A DNA stretch of 63,881 nt, counting the filler, from Lenisia limosa (Eukaryota; Protista; Breviatea): the NCBI GenBank assembly GCA_001655205.1. It is 12 parts of 12 records of this genome, joined end to end, with 100 filler letters (N's around TTAATTAATTAA, not from the genome) between each part and the next. Parts side by side here need not be neighbours in the genome. Positions count along the whole stretch, not along the records: positions 10,567 to 29,574 come from LPNZ01006284.1; positions 29,675 to 33,742 come from LPNZ01000362.1; positions 33,843 to 38,513 come from LPNZ01005597.1; positions 38,614 to 42,073 come from LPNZ01007742.1; 8 more parts are not named here. The stretch is one strand, 5' to 3'. Positions 26,601 to 39,224 of the stretch are shown piece by piece. Within the stretch, counting starts at the first letter, position 1, and the number at the start of each line of letters is the position of its first letter. The position numbers and the translations under genes were made by a program. The notes below the pieces were generated by a model. It was not told the origin of the DNA and made no database searches. It saw only the letters and a program-made list of their open reading frames with translations.

Positions 26601-28028
26601 TCAGATACATTTGTCATTTTATATTATTAATATTCCCTCACTTGGGTTTAACAAAGCCTACATCTTATGAAATGATACCAAATGAAGCTTTCCCAATGGT
26701 AAATGATAATCATCAAAGATTCAATGCAATATGGGAAGCCTCATTTGTTAGATTACATAATCCCTTCAGTCAGACTTAGCATTTCTGTTTCTATTTGGAA
26801 TCTAACTCCAGAAAACATTGCGAACTCACTGCCTCAGATTTCGCCGCAACAATTGCTTGATGCTGAGAGGAAGTACTATGATTTCTTTGGGGTACAAGGT
26901 AACAGGGAATATCTTTATGCAATATCTAAACAGTGGCACTCATTTTTCAATTCATAATATGAGTAAGTAAGGTGACATCTGAAATTTTGTAGGACTATTA
27001 TTACCGCACAAAAAAGGACCAGACTTATTGTTGGGCAAAATACATCATGTAGAAAGATAATATCTAGCCAACATTACACACCAGGTGTCTTTTTATTCTG
27101 TAACAAACATCTTGATGATTCACCCTCACATCCTAGCCTTTTCCATGCCCTCAGAGGAGTTTTCGGCACTACATCCGCGATACTGTGAAATTGCTGAGAG
27201 CCTCGGACGTCCTGCCATGACCACTGTTGACAGCAAAACAAAGGGGCTTGTTTGTATGGGGGGTTCACAAAAGGGCTTGTTTGTATGGGGGGTTCACAAA
27301 AGGGCTTGTTTGAATGGGGGGTTCACAAAAGGGGCTTGTTTGAATGGGGGGTTCACAAAAGGGGCTTGNNNNNNNNNNNNNNNNNNNNNNNNNNNNNNNN
27401 NNNNNNNNNNNNNNNNNNNNNNNNNNNNNNNNNNNNNNNNNNNNNNNNNNNNNNNNNGGGTGAGGTGTAATACTGCTTCAGTAAAGCCTGTTTGTTTATT
27501 TGATTATCGAAACCATAGTTTTTAAGAGTATTATCCCGTTCCTATTCACTGTTTACCCAGGCTTGACCTTTGATGATGGTAAAAACAAGGCTGAAAAGTC
27601 TGTTCCTCCCTTTTGCTCGTTAAGAGCGCTTATGGTATGAAGGCTTCTTCGAATATAATCCTGACATTATGGATAATATATTATTCTTGCAACTATGTTC
27701 TGGAATAACTGGTAAAGGCGTCAGCGCGCCACTTATTTGGCTTGAGACGCGACCCTACGCTGTGGCAAAAAGGCCTATTTGAGGGCGAATTGTTCCGACC
27801 AATTACGTCACAACGACCTATTGAAGACCAGGTGGGTGGTTTGTCAGACTTCTGTATGCTTTTCACAAATTGCAAGGACTGTACTGAAGAATTTGCAATG
27901 TGATAAGTTGTTTAGAGCTCCTTTTGTTTTTAATACAAGAAGAACCCATTGACACTCAGGTCCTGACAACAAATGTGATTATGGTACGGCGTTGGGACTA
28001 TGACCCCAAAGATGAGGCCTTTATGTAG
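23659..28028 (+). CDS. TBCE: Tubulin-specific chaperone E (CAP-Gly + LRR + ubiquitin-like)
   Basis: MVEVGSRVGVDGACATVCYVGEVEGTKPGVWIGLQWDDPA|RGKNDGSVKGKRYF (CAP-Gly), GASFVRP, LRR exons (LERLNISGN, LKNLHVNDCGL, IVIARLPKLELLNGS) and RKYYDFFG. Confidence 0.88.
27238..27368. repeat. ~30-bp tandem repeat x4+ in a TBCE intron
   Basis: AAAGGGGCTTGTTTGWATGGGGGGTTCACA repeated up to an N gap. Confidence 0.9.
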
Positions 28029-29259
28029 CGGTTTTCTTGTCCTGCCAATCGTATTTTTTGTTTTTTCATTTCCCAGCCAATTATAAAATTCATTTACAGC
28101 TCACATCCCTTCTCATGTTTCAGTATTCTATAACGATCTTTAAAATTACATATATTCAGCGCGCAGCTTTGGAATGAAGTCAGAGAATCGCATTTCAAAA
28201 ACAAATGCATCAGCCAGAGAAACTGAGTCGTTCTAAAAAACAATAAATAGCAAAATACAAGATATTGGACTTAGATGGACCGATGGTGGTTTCATATAAT
28301 GGATAGGTGAAGAAATAAGGAAACAAGAGGTGAATGGGCGATATAATGTCCATTCGTGAGTAGCGCAAGGGCACTGGGATGATAAATATAAAAAAGATCA
28401 ATGAAAAATATAACTATGTAACTTTCAGTTAACATTGATCAGTTAGAATGATGAGACAAAGTGACAAAAAAAAAAAAAAAAAAAAANNNNNNNNNNNNNN
28501 NNNNNNNNNNNNNNNNNNNNNNNNNNNNNNNNNNNNNNNNNNNNNNNNNNNNNNNNNNNNNNNNNNNNNNNNNNNNNNNNNAATATCCCTAATTATGAAG
28601 TTCCACACCTTGAGGAAAAGCCCAATCGCCACCCAGACTACTATAAATAATATGTATTTATTTCCCCAGGGAACTCCGCCTCAGGATTCAGAAAGCCAAT
28701 GACAGAATAAGTCCACATGTTTGATTGTTGGGGTAATACTCTTTTTAGTCTTCCTTTGATTTTTCACCACGAATGATAGGATGAAAGTTCCCAAAAAAAC
28801 CATAAATAAAACCTGATACCATGCTACTTCTTGNNNNNNNNNNNNNNNNNNNNNNNNNNNNNNNNNNNNNNNNNNNNNNNNNNNNNNNNNNNNNNNNNNN
28901 NNNNNNNNNNNNNNNNNNNNNNNNNNNNNNNNNNNNNNNNNNNNNNNNNNNNNNNNNNNNNNNNNNNNNNNNNNNNNNNNNNNNNNNNNNNNNNNNNNNN
29001 NNNNNNNNNNNNNNNNNNNNNNNNNNTTCTGACTTTAGTGTTTCACAGTAGTTACATCTATTACATTAAATTGTATTGACATAATAATATGTGAAAGGGA
29101 TAATGTGTATATTTACAATTTCCAGGGAAAATAAAATAAAAATAAAACGTCTGTTGCAAATCAGAATAGCATACTATACGATATACTATATCAGTTGAGC
29201 ATACATGTACATCGCCACAATGTTTTGTGTTACCAAAAAACTGTTCACTCCCCCCGAAA

Positions 29260-29430
29260 CAGGCTCCCACTTCTTTTCTTCCATCTTCGCTGGTTTTGTA
29301 TTTTTCACCTGCATTTCACTGGGGACAATTTGCCTCCTGCGCTCCGGAGCTAAAGTGACCAACGCTGGCATGGTGGCTTCGATGTCTTTGACAGGCTTGT
29401 AAACCGGAGCAGTTGACCTTAGTAACCTGG
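29260..29430 (-). CDS. Isolated exon of an unidentified gene
   Basis: C-rich acceptor then LLRSTAPVYKPVKDIEATMPALVTLAPERRRQIVPSEMQVKNTKPAKMEEK; reading frame not certain. Confidence 0.35.
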
Positions 29431-29517
29431 GGGAGTGAGGGTGTAATATGGGGAGGGGGGGAGACGTAACATTGGCCAAGGTCCCGATAAAAGGAGGGGA
29501 TGATATTAAAATCAACA

Positions 29518-29574
29518 ATATCAACCCACAATATCAACCCACAATATCAACCCACAATATCAACCCACAATATC
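29518..29574. repeat. 13-bp tandem repeat x4+
   Basis: TCAACCCACAATA repeated up to the gap. Confidence 0.9.
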
Positions 29575-29679
29575 NNNNNNNNNNNNNNNNNNNNNNNNNN
29601 NNNNNNNNNNNNNNNNNNTTAATTAATTAANNNNNNNNNNNNNNNNNNNNNNNNNNNNNNNNNNNNNNNNNNNNGTTAG

Positions 29680-31036
29680 CGTTTGCTAGTTTGTGTATTG
29701 AAATCTTTATTTTGACATCTTCTGAATCATTGTATAAACAGTATAAAATAGTTCGAAAGCATACAGCTTCATAACACCCACCTATAAAATATTTCAAAAG
29801 CACATTAAAAGCACAAATTCAAACTAGCACTTATATCAGAGTAGGACTTTTAGAGGACTTTTATTCAGAGCTTCCAGACCACATATCGTAATATTTACAT
29901 AGCATTCCAAAAAGCACATAATTACCCCAAAACACCCACATCTGAAGTTGGCCGTTTGGTGGGGAAGGTCAGCAGGTGGTAGAGGGCAAAGAACACGGCG
30001 CACCAGAATTCTATGTCCTGGGAAGTAATAAAACTGGCTAGATACTCATAAAACTTTATTATTACAGGTGTGAACTCAGTCGGCAAGTTACTTTTAACTC
30101 TTAAATGTGCTGTCCCGTTTTCTAAGGACGCTCATACGCATCAATTTGATTTTAACGGCAACCATACGCATGGATTTGATTTTGATTCTTAGTAAAAGCA
30201 TATTTCTCTACTCTCAACTCAAAATCATAAAAAGGAGCCCGTATCAAAACAACTCTACCTCCCTCCCCTACTTGGATCGTGATATCTTTCTGTAGTACCA
30301 TTGGCGGAATAGACGACTTCCATAGGTGGAAGAAAGCAGTACGGTCGCCTGAATCGAAGGCTGCTTCAAGTTTTAGCTGAATTTGATAAGATGAATCGAA
30401 GGCTGCTTCAAGTTTTAGCTGAATTTAATAAGATGAATCGAAGGCTGCTTCAAGTTTTAGCTGAATTTAATAAGCAGGGTTGCTTGGAGGTTGAGGCCTG
30501 AGCTAAATGGATAAGGCTGAGCAGGGTTGTAAGAAGTTTTTGTTTCGATAAAGAGCTTCAAGTTTGCTAAATTTGGCCGCGCGCATTAGAATAATTAACA
30601 TGATTTTCTTATTCATGCTATCCTATTATCCTATTCGTCCTAACACAGCCTGTTCCCAACCTAAAAGCAACGGTCCTTTCGAACGCCCAGGAATGCAAAC
30701 CCAACTAGTTCAGGAGGAAACGGTAACAAATCCAAAATCCACCATGTACATCACAAATATAATCGTTGGTAAACATATATACACGTTTTTCTAAACTTAA
30801 CAACTCCCCGGTTCACCATCACCCACCAGAACAATATCCTTCTCTGCGTTTGAAGAGGTGTGATCGACTTGTTCAATCTCGCGCCCCTGCGTTGCGACGT
30901 CATTATCTATACCAACAACAGCAGAGAAGAGGCCGTGGAAGGAAAGGAACTCCCTGATTACACCTATCAACATCGAGTCATTTTCGGGCCCTGTCCTCGC
31001 CAAATTTGGATCTATCTGTGATGGAGGCCTTGACAT
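29680..31036 (-). CDS. ARMC9: LisH-domain ARMC9-like ciliary protein, 5' exons only
   Basis: MSRPPS...SMLIGVIREFLSFHGLFSAV (LisH), GDRTAFFHLWKSSIPP and DIEFWCAVFFALYHLL match the recalled ARMC9 N-terminus (LVKEYL...GDQKVFFDLW...KLEFYLHIHFAIY); cut at linker. Confidence 0.72.
30352..30475. repeat. 41-bp tandem repeat x3 in an ARMC9 intron
   Basis: GAATCGAAGGCTGCTTCAAGTTTTAGCTGAATTTRATAAGAT. Confidence 0.9.
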
Positions 31037-31239
31037 ACTCTCCAATTTCTTATATTTGTTCAAACTCAATCTGAAACCGGTTTTATAAACGATTACTTAT
31101 GATTACACTTCACATCGGTTGTTTGTCATTTTTCCCCAACAGCCCAGCCCACAGCTTTTCAAGTCATAAAGGTAATATTGTAGTAGAAGAAAAGTGATTA
31201 ATAGCTGAAACCTCCCAAAGTTCCTGATTTGAATTGGGC

Positions 31240-33706
31240 ATGATCTCGAGATTGAGGCCTCCTTGGTGGTTGGCCCTCGTCTTAATCGGCTTTGTTGCCG
31301 TTATATGGGGCTTTAGCGGCGTGCCACCCACTGAATGCCGCTGTAAGCTTCCCGAGCAGATCTGTGACCCGTCTCCCTTCCCGGCTTACTGTGGTATGTT
31401 GGCAGTGACGATTATCAATGATGTCGTTATGCTGTATTAACTGTGTTTCATATTTGTTAGTTTGTTTTTATGCCCAGGTAGACAAGCCCAACTATTCTAA
31501 ATTGACATTTGGGGAATTCGCTGCTGTTTTTTTTTTTACTTTTAAAGTGACATTCAACAAAGTTATGGTATCTGCAAATATCTATAGTGAAAGCTCCGGA
31601 TATCATTCAAAATTATCCGGACACATCAACCATAAACACCACAATTACCATTTTGAAGTAGTCTACATACATCCGAGATGGGATGAAACGCTGCTCTTGC
31701 ATTAGCATTTCGAAACATATCATTGTGAATATGGGTCAACATACCATCATATTGTGTGTAGATATGGGACAATATAACTAATATCACTTGTGGATATGGG
31801 ATAACATGTGCTCATAGTACTAGATATTGGGTCAGTGGATTTGAACCTCTTAGATCTTGCGATCTTCCTTTAACTTGCATTATTGTCTTCTCACTAATCA
31901 ATAACTTCCATAAAGGGGCATTCCAAACTCTCTTCGCAACCTGCAATGAGGTGAAGAAACCGTTCTTCTTTGTTGCGTCATTCTTCATCCAGGCGATAAG
32001 GTGGGGCAAGTGACTTGGGGATTTACTACAATATCATACTTTAGGTCATTTTCACACGTGTTAACGATCATTATCATTATACTCGGAGTGATTGCTAATT
32101 CGCCAAGCTTATTTTTTTGAACAAGAGAAATAATATATACATTAGAAATCTACAAACTTATCTCTGCAGTGCTGCACTTGAACCCGGTCATCTTGATGAG
32201 TACTACACCACCTATCTTGGTATGGTACTGGGGAGGCACGAAGAGCAATGTGCGCAGATGTGAAAGGGAAATGATTGGTGAATCAAAATTGTACTATAAT
32301 CCAATATCTCTTAGATACGATATTATATGCAGTGATTGCGATAAGTCCTGATAAGATTCAAGATAAAGAAGCGCAATATCCGTGTCAGGATTTTTTTTTT
32401 CTGGTCATTGTAAATAGCACATGTAATACTAGTATACGATATGTTTTTTATATATTTCTCCTTTTGCCTTTTATGAGCCGAAGTGCTCATAAAGGGGGGG
32501 GTGATAAATATTTTTTAAAACAATTGCGAAAATCTTCGATAGATCTTGATATCTTCTTATTGTATGAACCAAATCCAACCACCACCCAAGTTCCAATTTC
32601 TCATACGCTGGAATATTGGTATTCGGTGCTGCAAAAGCGACTGGCCTAGGTTTTGTTTGTTTATTTATTCTCAACTCTCGTGTGTTACTAACCAACCGAG
32701 TTGATTTTGGGCTTCTTCTTTGTTTTTGTTCATATTTTTTCAATTACTCACCCCGTAGACGAGCCTGTTAAAATTGTTCGTGACAACCTTGGGGTACCAC
32801 ACATTTATTCTGAGGTGGGTTTGTATTGATTACTATTATCGTTGTCATAGGGATATGTTGTTTCCCTACATTTCTAATGTAATTTATTTGTCCTGTTCAA
32901 AAATAATCATTTCAGGGAGACAATGCTGCAATGTATGCTCAGGGCTTTAGCCAATGTCAGGACCGCCTTTTCCAAATGGAGGTATTTTGAGCTGTTTCAA
33001 GGAATTATATAGGGATATTGACATCAACAATACTATCATATGTCTGCTGGGGAGGCACGCTGAAAGCTGTGTACACAGAGCTGTAAGGCAAATGATTCAG
33101 TGAATTACTATTATACTATAATCCAATCTCTCGTATCAGCGTGATGGTACGGCTTCGGCCTTATTTTTTATTTCTCATTGCTTACTGATACTATCCAAAT
33201 TGAAAGAAGTAAATTCTAGGGTTTCAAAATACTTAAAAACTCCCACGACCATTGTTGATCATTCAGATAAATTATCACAATACTCCATTCACAGGTCATT
33301 TATAGACTTCATAATAGACCCTAGAAACCCACATTTGAAGATTCAGATCCTATATACATTCAGAGGAACTATCACTAGAGCTTCCCCCCTTTGATCCCAA
33401 AATAGACTGAATATCTCGATAAGCCCTCGATAAATATCGATATTATGCCGGTCGTTTTCGTTCTGAAAAATTTGATCGTTCGGATGAATCATAACATTCC
33501 ATATTTTTGATCATTCGAAAATGATCCCATATTTGAACAACCAGTGAGGATGAATGGACGTATGGATACCACGGTCTCAAAATAGACTGAATTTCTCGAT
33601 AAATATCGATGTTTTGCCTCACATTTTGGGACCGACCCTAATTTTGATCGTTCAGATGAATCGTCGAATGGCGCGCGGAGAACTCTCCGAAATTCTGGGT
33701 CCTATG
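31240..33706 (+). CDS. Penicillin acylase/amidase family (Ntn hydrolase, peptidase S45), 5' exons only
   Basis: N-terminal hydrophobic segment, then EPVKIVRDNLGVPHIYSE|GDNAAMYAQGFSQCQDRLFQME|MNRRMARGELSEILGPM, the diagnostic RDxxGVPHIY / YAQG..DRLFQME motif; the catalytic SNNW region is not in this contig. Confidence 0.85.
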
Positions 33707-33856
33707 GTAAGGGGGTATTAGATATATGGTGCACCCTCCTGCNNNNNNNNNNNNNNNNNNNNNNNNNNNNNNNNNNNNNNNNNNNNTTAATTAATTAANN
33801 NNNNNNNNNNNNNNNNNNNNNNNNNNNNNNNNNNNNNNNNNNCCCCCCCCCCCCAG

Positions 33857-36800
33857 GTATTGCGACACTTGGGTTCGAGCACGTCAAGCTGGCTGGAAGT
33901 TTCCAAAATGATCATGGCATCTTTCACGTCTAGTCTGGAGAGGTATGGGGGTGTCTTTTTTTATGTCTATTCTGTGGTGGGTGTTGTCGCGATGTATCTT
34001 TTCGATATTGTACCTGTCTCATCCTGGCCACACCTTATATGACCAGGTTTTCTGCAAATCTTTCTCATGAAGATGATGAACTTGTCACCACTCTGAGCCT
34101 CATGTCCACACTCTGCTTCTCTACGCATTTCTCCCAGGTGAGCGGGATGACGGTCGACATTGTTGGGCATATTTAGGTATGTTTTATGGGGACCTTCGTG
34201 TTTGTACTGTGTGACTAAAGCTTTTAGTGTTACACCCTAATAGAGTTTCTGGGAGGGGCTTCAACTAAACTGCTCTATCATTGTGCACACTTCTTTCTGT
34301 ATAGGAATTGCTTTTTTTTTTCTTGATTTCAGAGTTGATTGTATTTTGAGTCTTTCTGGTTCATCAAGGTCCATTTTCACGATAGGATGTGGTGTTGCAG
34401 AAACGACTGGCAAGGGCTTTGTTTGTTTTGTTGTTATCAATCCTTGTGTGTTGTCAGCCAACAGAGTTGATTTTGGGCTTTGTTGTTTCATAAATTATCC
34501 AATTTTACTCCCTTCCAGACATTCCTCCTTGGGGGTGGCGGAAGTGAAGTTCTCCGAGCCTTTGAAATTGCTTGTGGCGGGCCTAATGCGATCTTTAACC
34601 CCCTTTTTGCCTCGAGGGAAAAAGGAGGCAGGCGCGAGAGCCGCACAAACCCAATCACACAGAGCGAAAGGTGGGATAACTTGGGGCCGAATTACTGAAT
34701 TACTCAGAATTGCGGTTTCTGAGGCTCATAACTGATTATAAATGATGATAATATGGTTTTGTATGACTTGTTTAAATTGTTCTTGGACTGATTACAGTAC
34801 AATAGACAGCAGTTGTTGCATAACTTTTTTCCCTGTATTTCATTGCACTTTAGTACGACCAGTCTGGACGCTCTTAACACCCCAACTGGACAAGGCGGTG
34901 AGGGGTATTGGATTTTGGGATGGGTGAATGGCTTGGAAGAGGGACCCTTCAGAGTTCTAGGAGTCTGAGTTAGTTTGTCATTCATGACTAAGTTGTTATA
35001 GTACATGTCATACGGCGGACTACACTGCTGAAATTTTCCAGGTTGTATTTAAACTAGTGGGAAAATGGTGGTGACGGCTGAGAAAGGTCAATGACGATTG
35101 GGTAAAATCTTGGCCACAGGCTTAACTTGCCATTTCGACGTTCTAATTTCTTGCAGGAAATGAAGACACTTTGAACATTAGCCTCACAAACGATGACAAT
35201 TGGCTCGATTCCGACCGCTCAATGGCGTCTATGAGTGGGGGAGGGGGGCATAATTTTTTACTGGAGTTTTGTGTTATTAATTTTTGTTTTAGTTCAAATT
35301 ATTCGCTTCCTCGAATATCCTTCTTTTTACTCCCACAGCCCCCTTGCTGAAGACTATGCCATCGTACAGAAATACCCCAACATCACATTTGGTTAGCGGC
35401 GGTGGTTGTGAATAGTCAGCACATGCCCCTCTTCCTTTTTGGTTGCGGAATTCATTTCAATGTGATTTTTCCAAGTCTTCCAGTTGTAGATTTAATATTT
35501 TCTTTCATGGGCACATTTCGAATTGAGTTGACCTTGGGGCACATTTTATTGACATAAAACAGCCGAAACGCGAGGCTTCCACACCCGTTGCTTCCGCCGT
35601 ACCTCCCCTCAACCTGCCCTCCACCGGCCAGGATGTACCGCAGAGTCTGACTCGGTCATCTCGAAGACTCTCAAGCAGAGTGCAGACTTATTTCGATATG
35701 TACAGGTGGGGGTGGTACAGACTTATTTCGATATGTACATATGATATACCTCAAAAAAAGGCGGGACGATTCCTTACAGTTTAAGAACACCTCAATTTCC
35801 TTCAAGTTTACAGTCCCCGTCACTGAACGATTGTATGCCGGGATTGTTAGTACGGTTTAATAGTTGGATAACATGCATTTTGATAGGGCATGTTGTGATC
35901 TTGCATACCAAGCGTATGGAAATGATATACTATTCGCCATATATGCAGTGACAAAAGAGGCAGTTGACCGGCAGTGGACAAACTTTGATTGAGGCATATA
36001 CATATGATAATCATATACGGGGCACATACAACTGCTGATGCTCCAACTGTTGATCGGATATAGCTCTTCACACCCCCCCCCCTCCAGACGATCCTCNNNN
36101 NNNNNNNNNNNNNNNNNNNNNNNNNNNNNNNNNNNNNNNNNNNNNNNNNNNNNNNNNNNNNNNNNNNNNNNNNNNNNNNNNNNNNNNNNNNNNNNNNNNN
36201 NNNNNNNNNNNNNNNNNNNNNTTACTCGAAGACCACCCAAAATCGCACCGTCCAAGAAATCCGTAGGAAATTGGTCAGGTAAAATACAAGCTGATTGTAA
36301 TCTTGGAATGAAAATAGATCAGCCCCAACCCCTCTTTTTTTTAGGTGGGTCGATTTTCTTTGCTCTTGGTTGTCGTAGTATTGAAACTCCCCTAAAGGGT
36401 GACCTGTGTTCCATCAGCAGCACTGTTACAAGCGACTGGCCTGGGCTTTGTNNNNNNNNNNNNNNNNNNNNNNNNNNNNNNNNNNNNNNNNNNNNNNNNN
36501 NNNNNNNNNNNNNNNNNNNNNNNATAAATTTTCCAATTTTACTCCCTTTACCAGGACGCACCTCAGACACCAGGGTCGGCAGTGTTGCTCTCTTTGAGTG
36601 TCCGATCATCAAGTCGAAGTGCCATCAAGGTAATTATGCACACCAAGAAGTTATTTGTCGAAACGCAAAGAGTTGCTATCTTGTTTTTTACAATAGTACC
36701 TTTACGCCGATATTCTTCATCGAAATTTCCTTCGTTTTACCTCCCCCCCCCCCCTAGAGTCCGAACCAACTCTCCTGGAGGGACCAGAACTCGCCTAGAC

Positions 36801-38379
36801 AATCGGTCGAAAATTCGGGGGTTGTGACCGTGAGGAGGGGGGGGGTGGTCTACCACCAAGGAACTTTTATCAAATAGAATGGATTATTATATTATACTAA
36901 ATCACTCATTTTGTTGATCTCATGGATAATTTGCTATTGACATTTTGGTGATCTCACATCAGATTATGGTGCTATCACTGACGGTGCTGGCCAAAGCCAT
37001 GACCAACTCACATGGCCTCATATCGAGGCTCAAGCAGCCACTTAACTTCTTCTATCTCCTGCTACTCCGGTTTGTCATTGGAATTATCTGATTTTCTTGG
37101 GTATTGATACAAGTACTTCCTTTCTCTGAATAGGCCAATTGAAATATGATACAACTCTTTGTACAGTGATAATGTGGAGAGACTAAAATACAATCTCTCT
37201 AACATGACATTGTGTACTATAATACAATCTCTCTAACATGATGTTATCATTTCGACGCATTACGTTGATTAGATGTGTGTCGCGACGCTCTATTAAACAC
37301 TCGCAAGAAATCCTGCCGGTGGTTCTTTTGGGACTCAAGCCATTCGCCGCTGAAGTAAGCCTTGTTATTAAGGGGGATTCTTATGTGCCCCCCCCCCCAA
37401 TATCCATTTCTACCCAGGTTGACTTTTTCTGGACCGATGTGTTTCAAGAACNNNNNNNNNNNNNNNNNNNNNNNNNNNNNNNNNNNNNNNNNNNNNNNNN
37501 NNNNNNNNNNNNNNNNNNNNNNNNNNNNNNNNNNNNNNNNNNNNNNNNNNNNNNNNNNNNNNNNNCAATCCGTAATTAGTACCAAGCCCCCCCATTATAT
37601 TCTTAATTAGTACCAAGAATACCCCCACATGCCTTGCACAATAATATACCCCCACATGCCTTGCACAATAATATCCCCGCAGGTTGAGTACATCCATCGA
37701 CAGTCATGGCCGCGTTTAGTGTTCAATATGCCGGCTGACCGCATGTTGGCGTATAGACGCAAACTCGACCGGGTGCTTTGGAGGATTAGTACCGGTCTCT
37801 TCGAATACTCCGATGGTATTGTGTATGGGGGGAAAGGATCAGGCTTCACTTCGGTTCGAAAAAAAGACATAATTTATCGATAAATCCTCGAAAACTATCA
37901 ATATTTTCCCGAACCTAAGTGAAGCCTTAGATAGGATTGACAGGAAGAATCCCCCCCCCCCTCTACACACTAACATCCCCCTAGCTCCAACCCAGAGAAC
38001 CTCTTTGCTCTGCTTGCTGCTCTTGCTGCCTACATCACAGCCAACAAAACAAGGGTCACTGCTGCTGCATGCGCGGATACTTGTCTGGACCCCTTAGCAA
38101 GGTGGTGGGGTGTCAAGTCCTGTCTATTTTTTTAATCCATGTGATAACCAAGGTGTTATTATCTCCTCCCCCTTTATTAGAATTTCTATGGAAAGGTATT
38201 ATAGGGGATGAAGGTGAATCATTAATGACTCATCTTTTTTATTTACAAACACAAAATACATATTACCTCTTCTCTCCTTTCAGTCCAATTTACCTCCTGC
38301 CAGGTTCCGAGGAGCTGTGATAGCACGAGGGCGGAGCGGACTGGAAAACACACTCGGTCTGAAGTTGACTCACTATACG
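33857..38379 (+). CDS. Internal fragment of a large unidentified multi-exon gene (helical, possibly ARM/HEAT-like)
   Basis: At least 12 GT-AG-bounded exons, e.g. FSANLSHEDDELVTTLSLMSTLCFSTHFSQ, IMVLSLTVLAKAMTNSHGLISRLKQPLNFFYLLLLR, VEYIHRQSWPRLVFNMPADRMLAYRRKLDRVLWRIST, SNPENLFALLAALAAYITANK. Confidence 0.55.
37840..37929. mobile_element. MITE family A copy
   Basis: TIRs as at 13950; flanks GAAAGGAT/GATAGGAT (7/8). Confidence 0.85.
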
Positions 38380-38400
38380 GTTGGTAGCGTCGGTTGTTCC

Positions 38401-38499
38401 TGCGCTTCACTTCGGTTCAAAAAGGATTGTGAAAATATCGATAGTTTTTGATGAGCTGTCGATAAATTCAGTCTTTTTTCGAACCGATGTGAGGCCCTT
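38401..38499. mobile_element. MITE family A copy
   Basis: TIRs present; flanks GTTGTTCC/GTTGCTCC (7/8). Confidence 0.85.
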
Positions 38500-39224
38500 G
38501 TTGCTCCCATTCTNNNNNNNNNNNNNNNNNNNNNNNNNNNNNNNNNNNNNNNNNNNNTTAATTAATTAANNNNNNNNNNNNNNNNNNNNNNNNNNNNNNN
38601 NNNNNNNNNNNNNTCCCCCCACCTATATACATGTAATATGTTCATCTATAAATGATATATGCCGCCTTATTATTTTTCTTGTCAAGAAAAGAGGAATACT
38701 TTGTTGTACCTACAAAAGATTTGTTCACCTTCTAATTCTGTAAATATCATATATTATCTTTTATTGTCAAACAAACCAACCTTGTGGGCAATATAGATCA
38801 TGAACAGCCCGTAGGGAATCAGAGTCAATGTTACACTTCAGCGTAAGGGAAATGCTTGTAAGTGCAAAGTACAGGAAAATGTTGCAATAAAATTCCATAT
38901 GATGCATATAGAATCTTCACACATTATACAAAGATATGAACAAAATAGTTTCATATAGAGAAAATCCGTCTTTTTACATATCCTCCAAAGACAGTCCCCC
39001 TACCCCAAAAGAACAACAAAGGAATAATGGCGGTTGCGAATCCGGTANNNNNNNNNNNNNNNNNNNNNNNNNNNNNNNNNNNNNNNNNNNNNNNNNNNNN
39101 NNNNNNNNNNNNNNNNNNNNNNNNNNNNNNNNNNNNNNNNNNNNNNNNNNNNNNNNNNNNNNNNNNNNNNNCCGTTGCCATGATAAATATCCCTCTTTTT
39201 TGACGTACTTTGAATATACTGAGT

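Noticed and set aside
30352-30475. 41-bp and 30-bp arrays (also 27238-27368) as CRISPR-like repeats
   Set aside because: Units are contiguous with no unique spacers, they are intronic in eukaryotic genes, and there are no cas genes
33857-38379. Continuation of the penicillin acylase gene past the 33787 linker
   Set aside because: No SNNW nucleophile or other S45 motif found; the exons look like an unrelated helical protein
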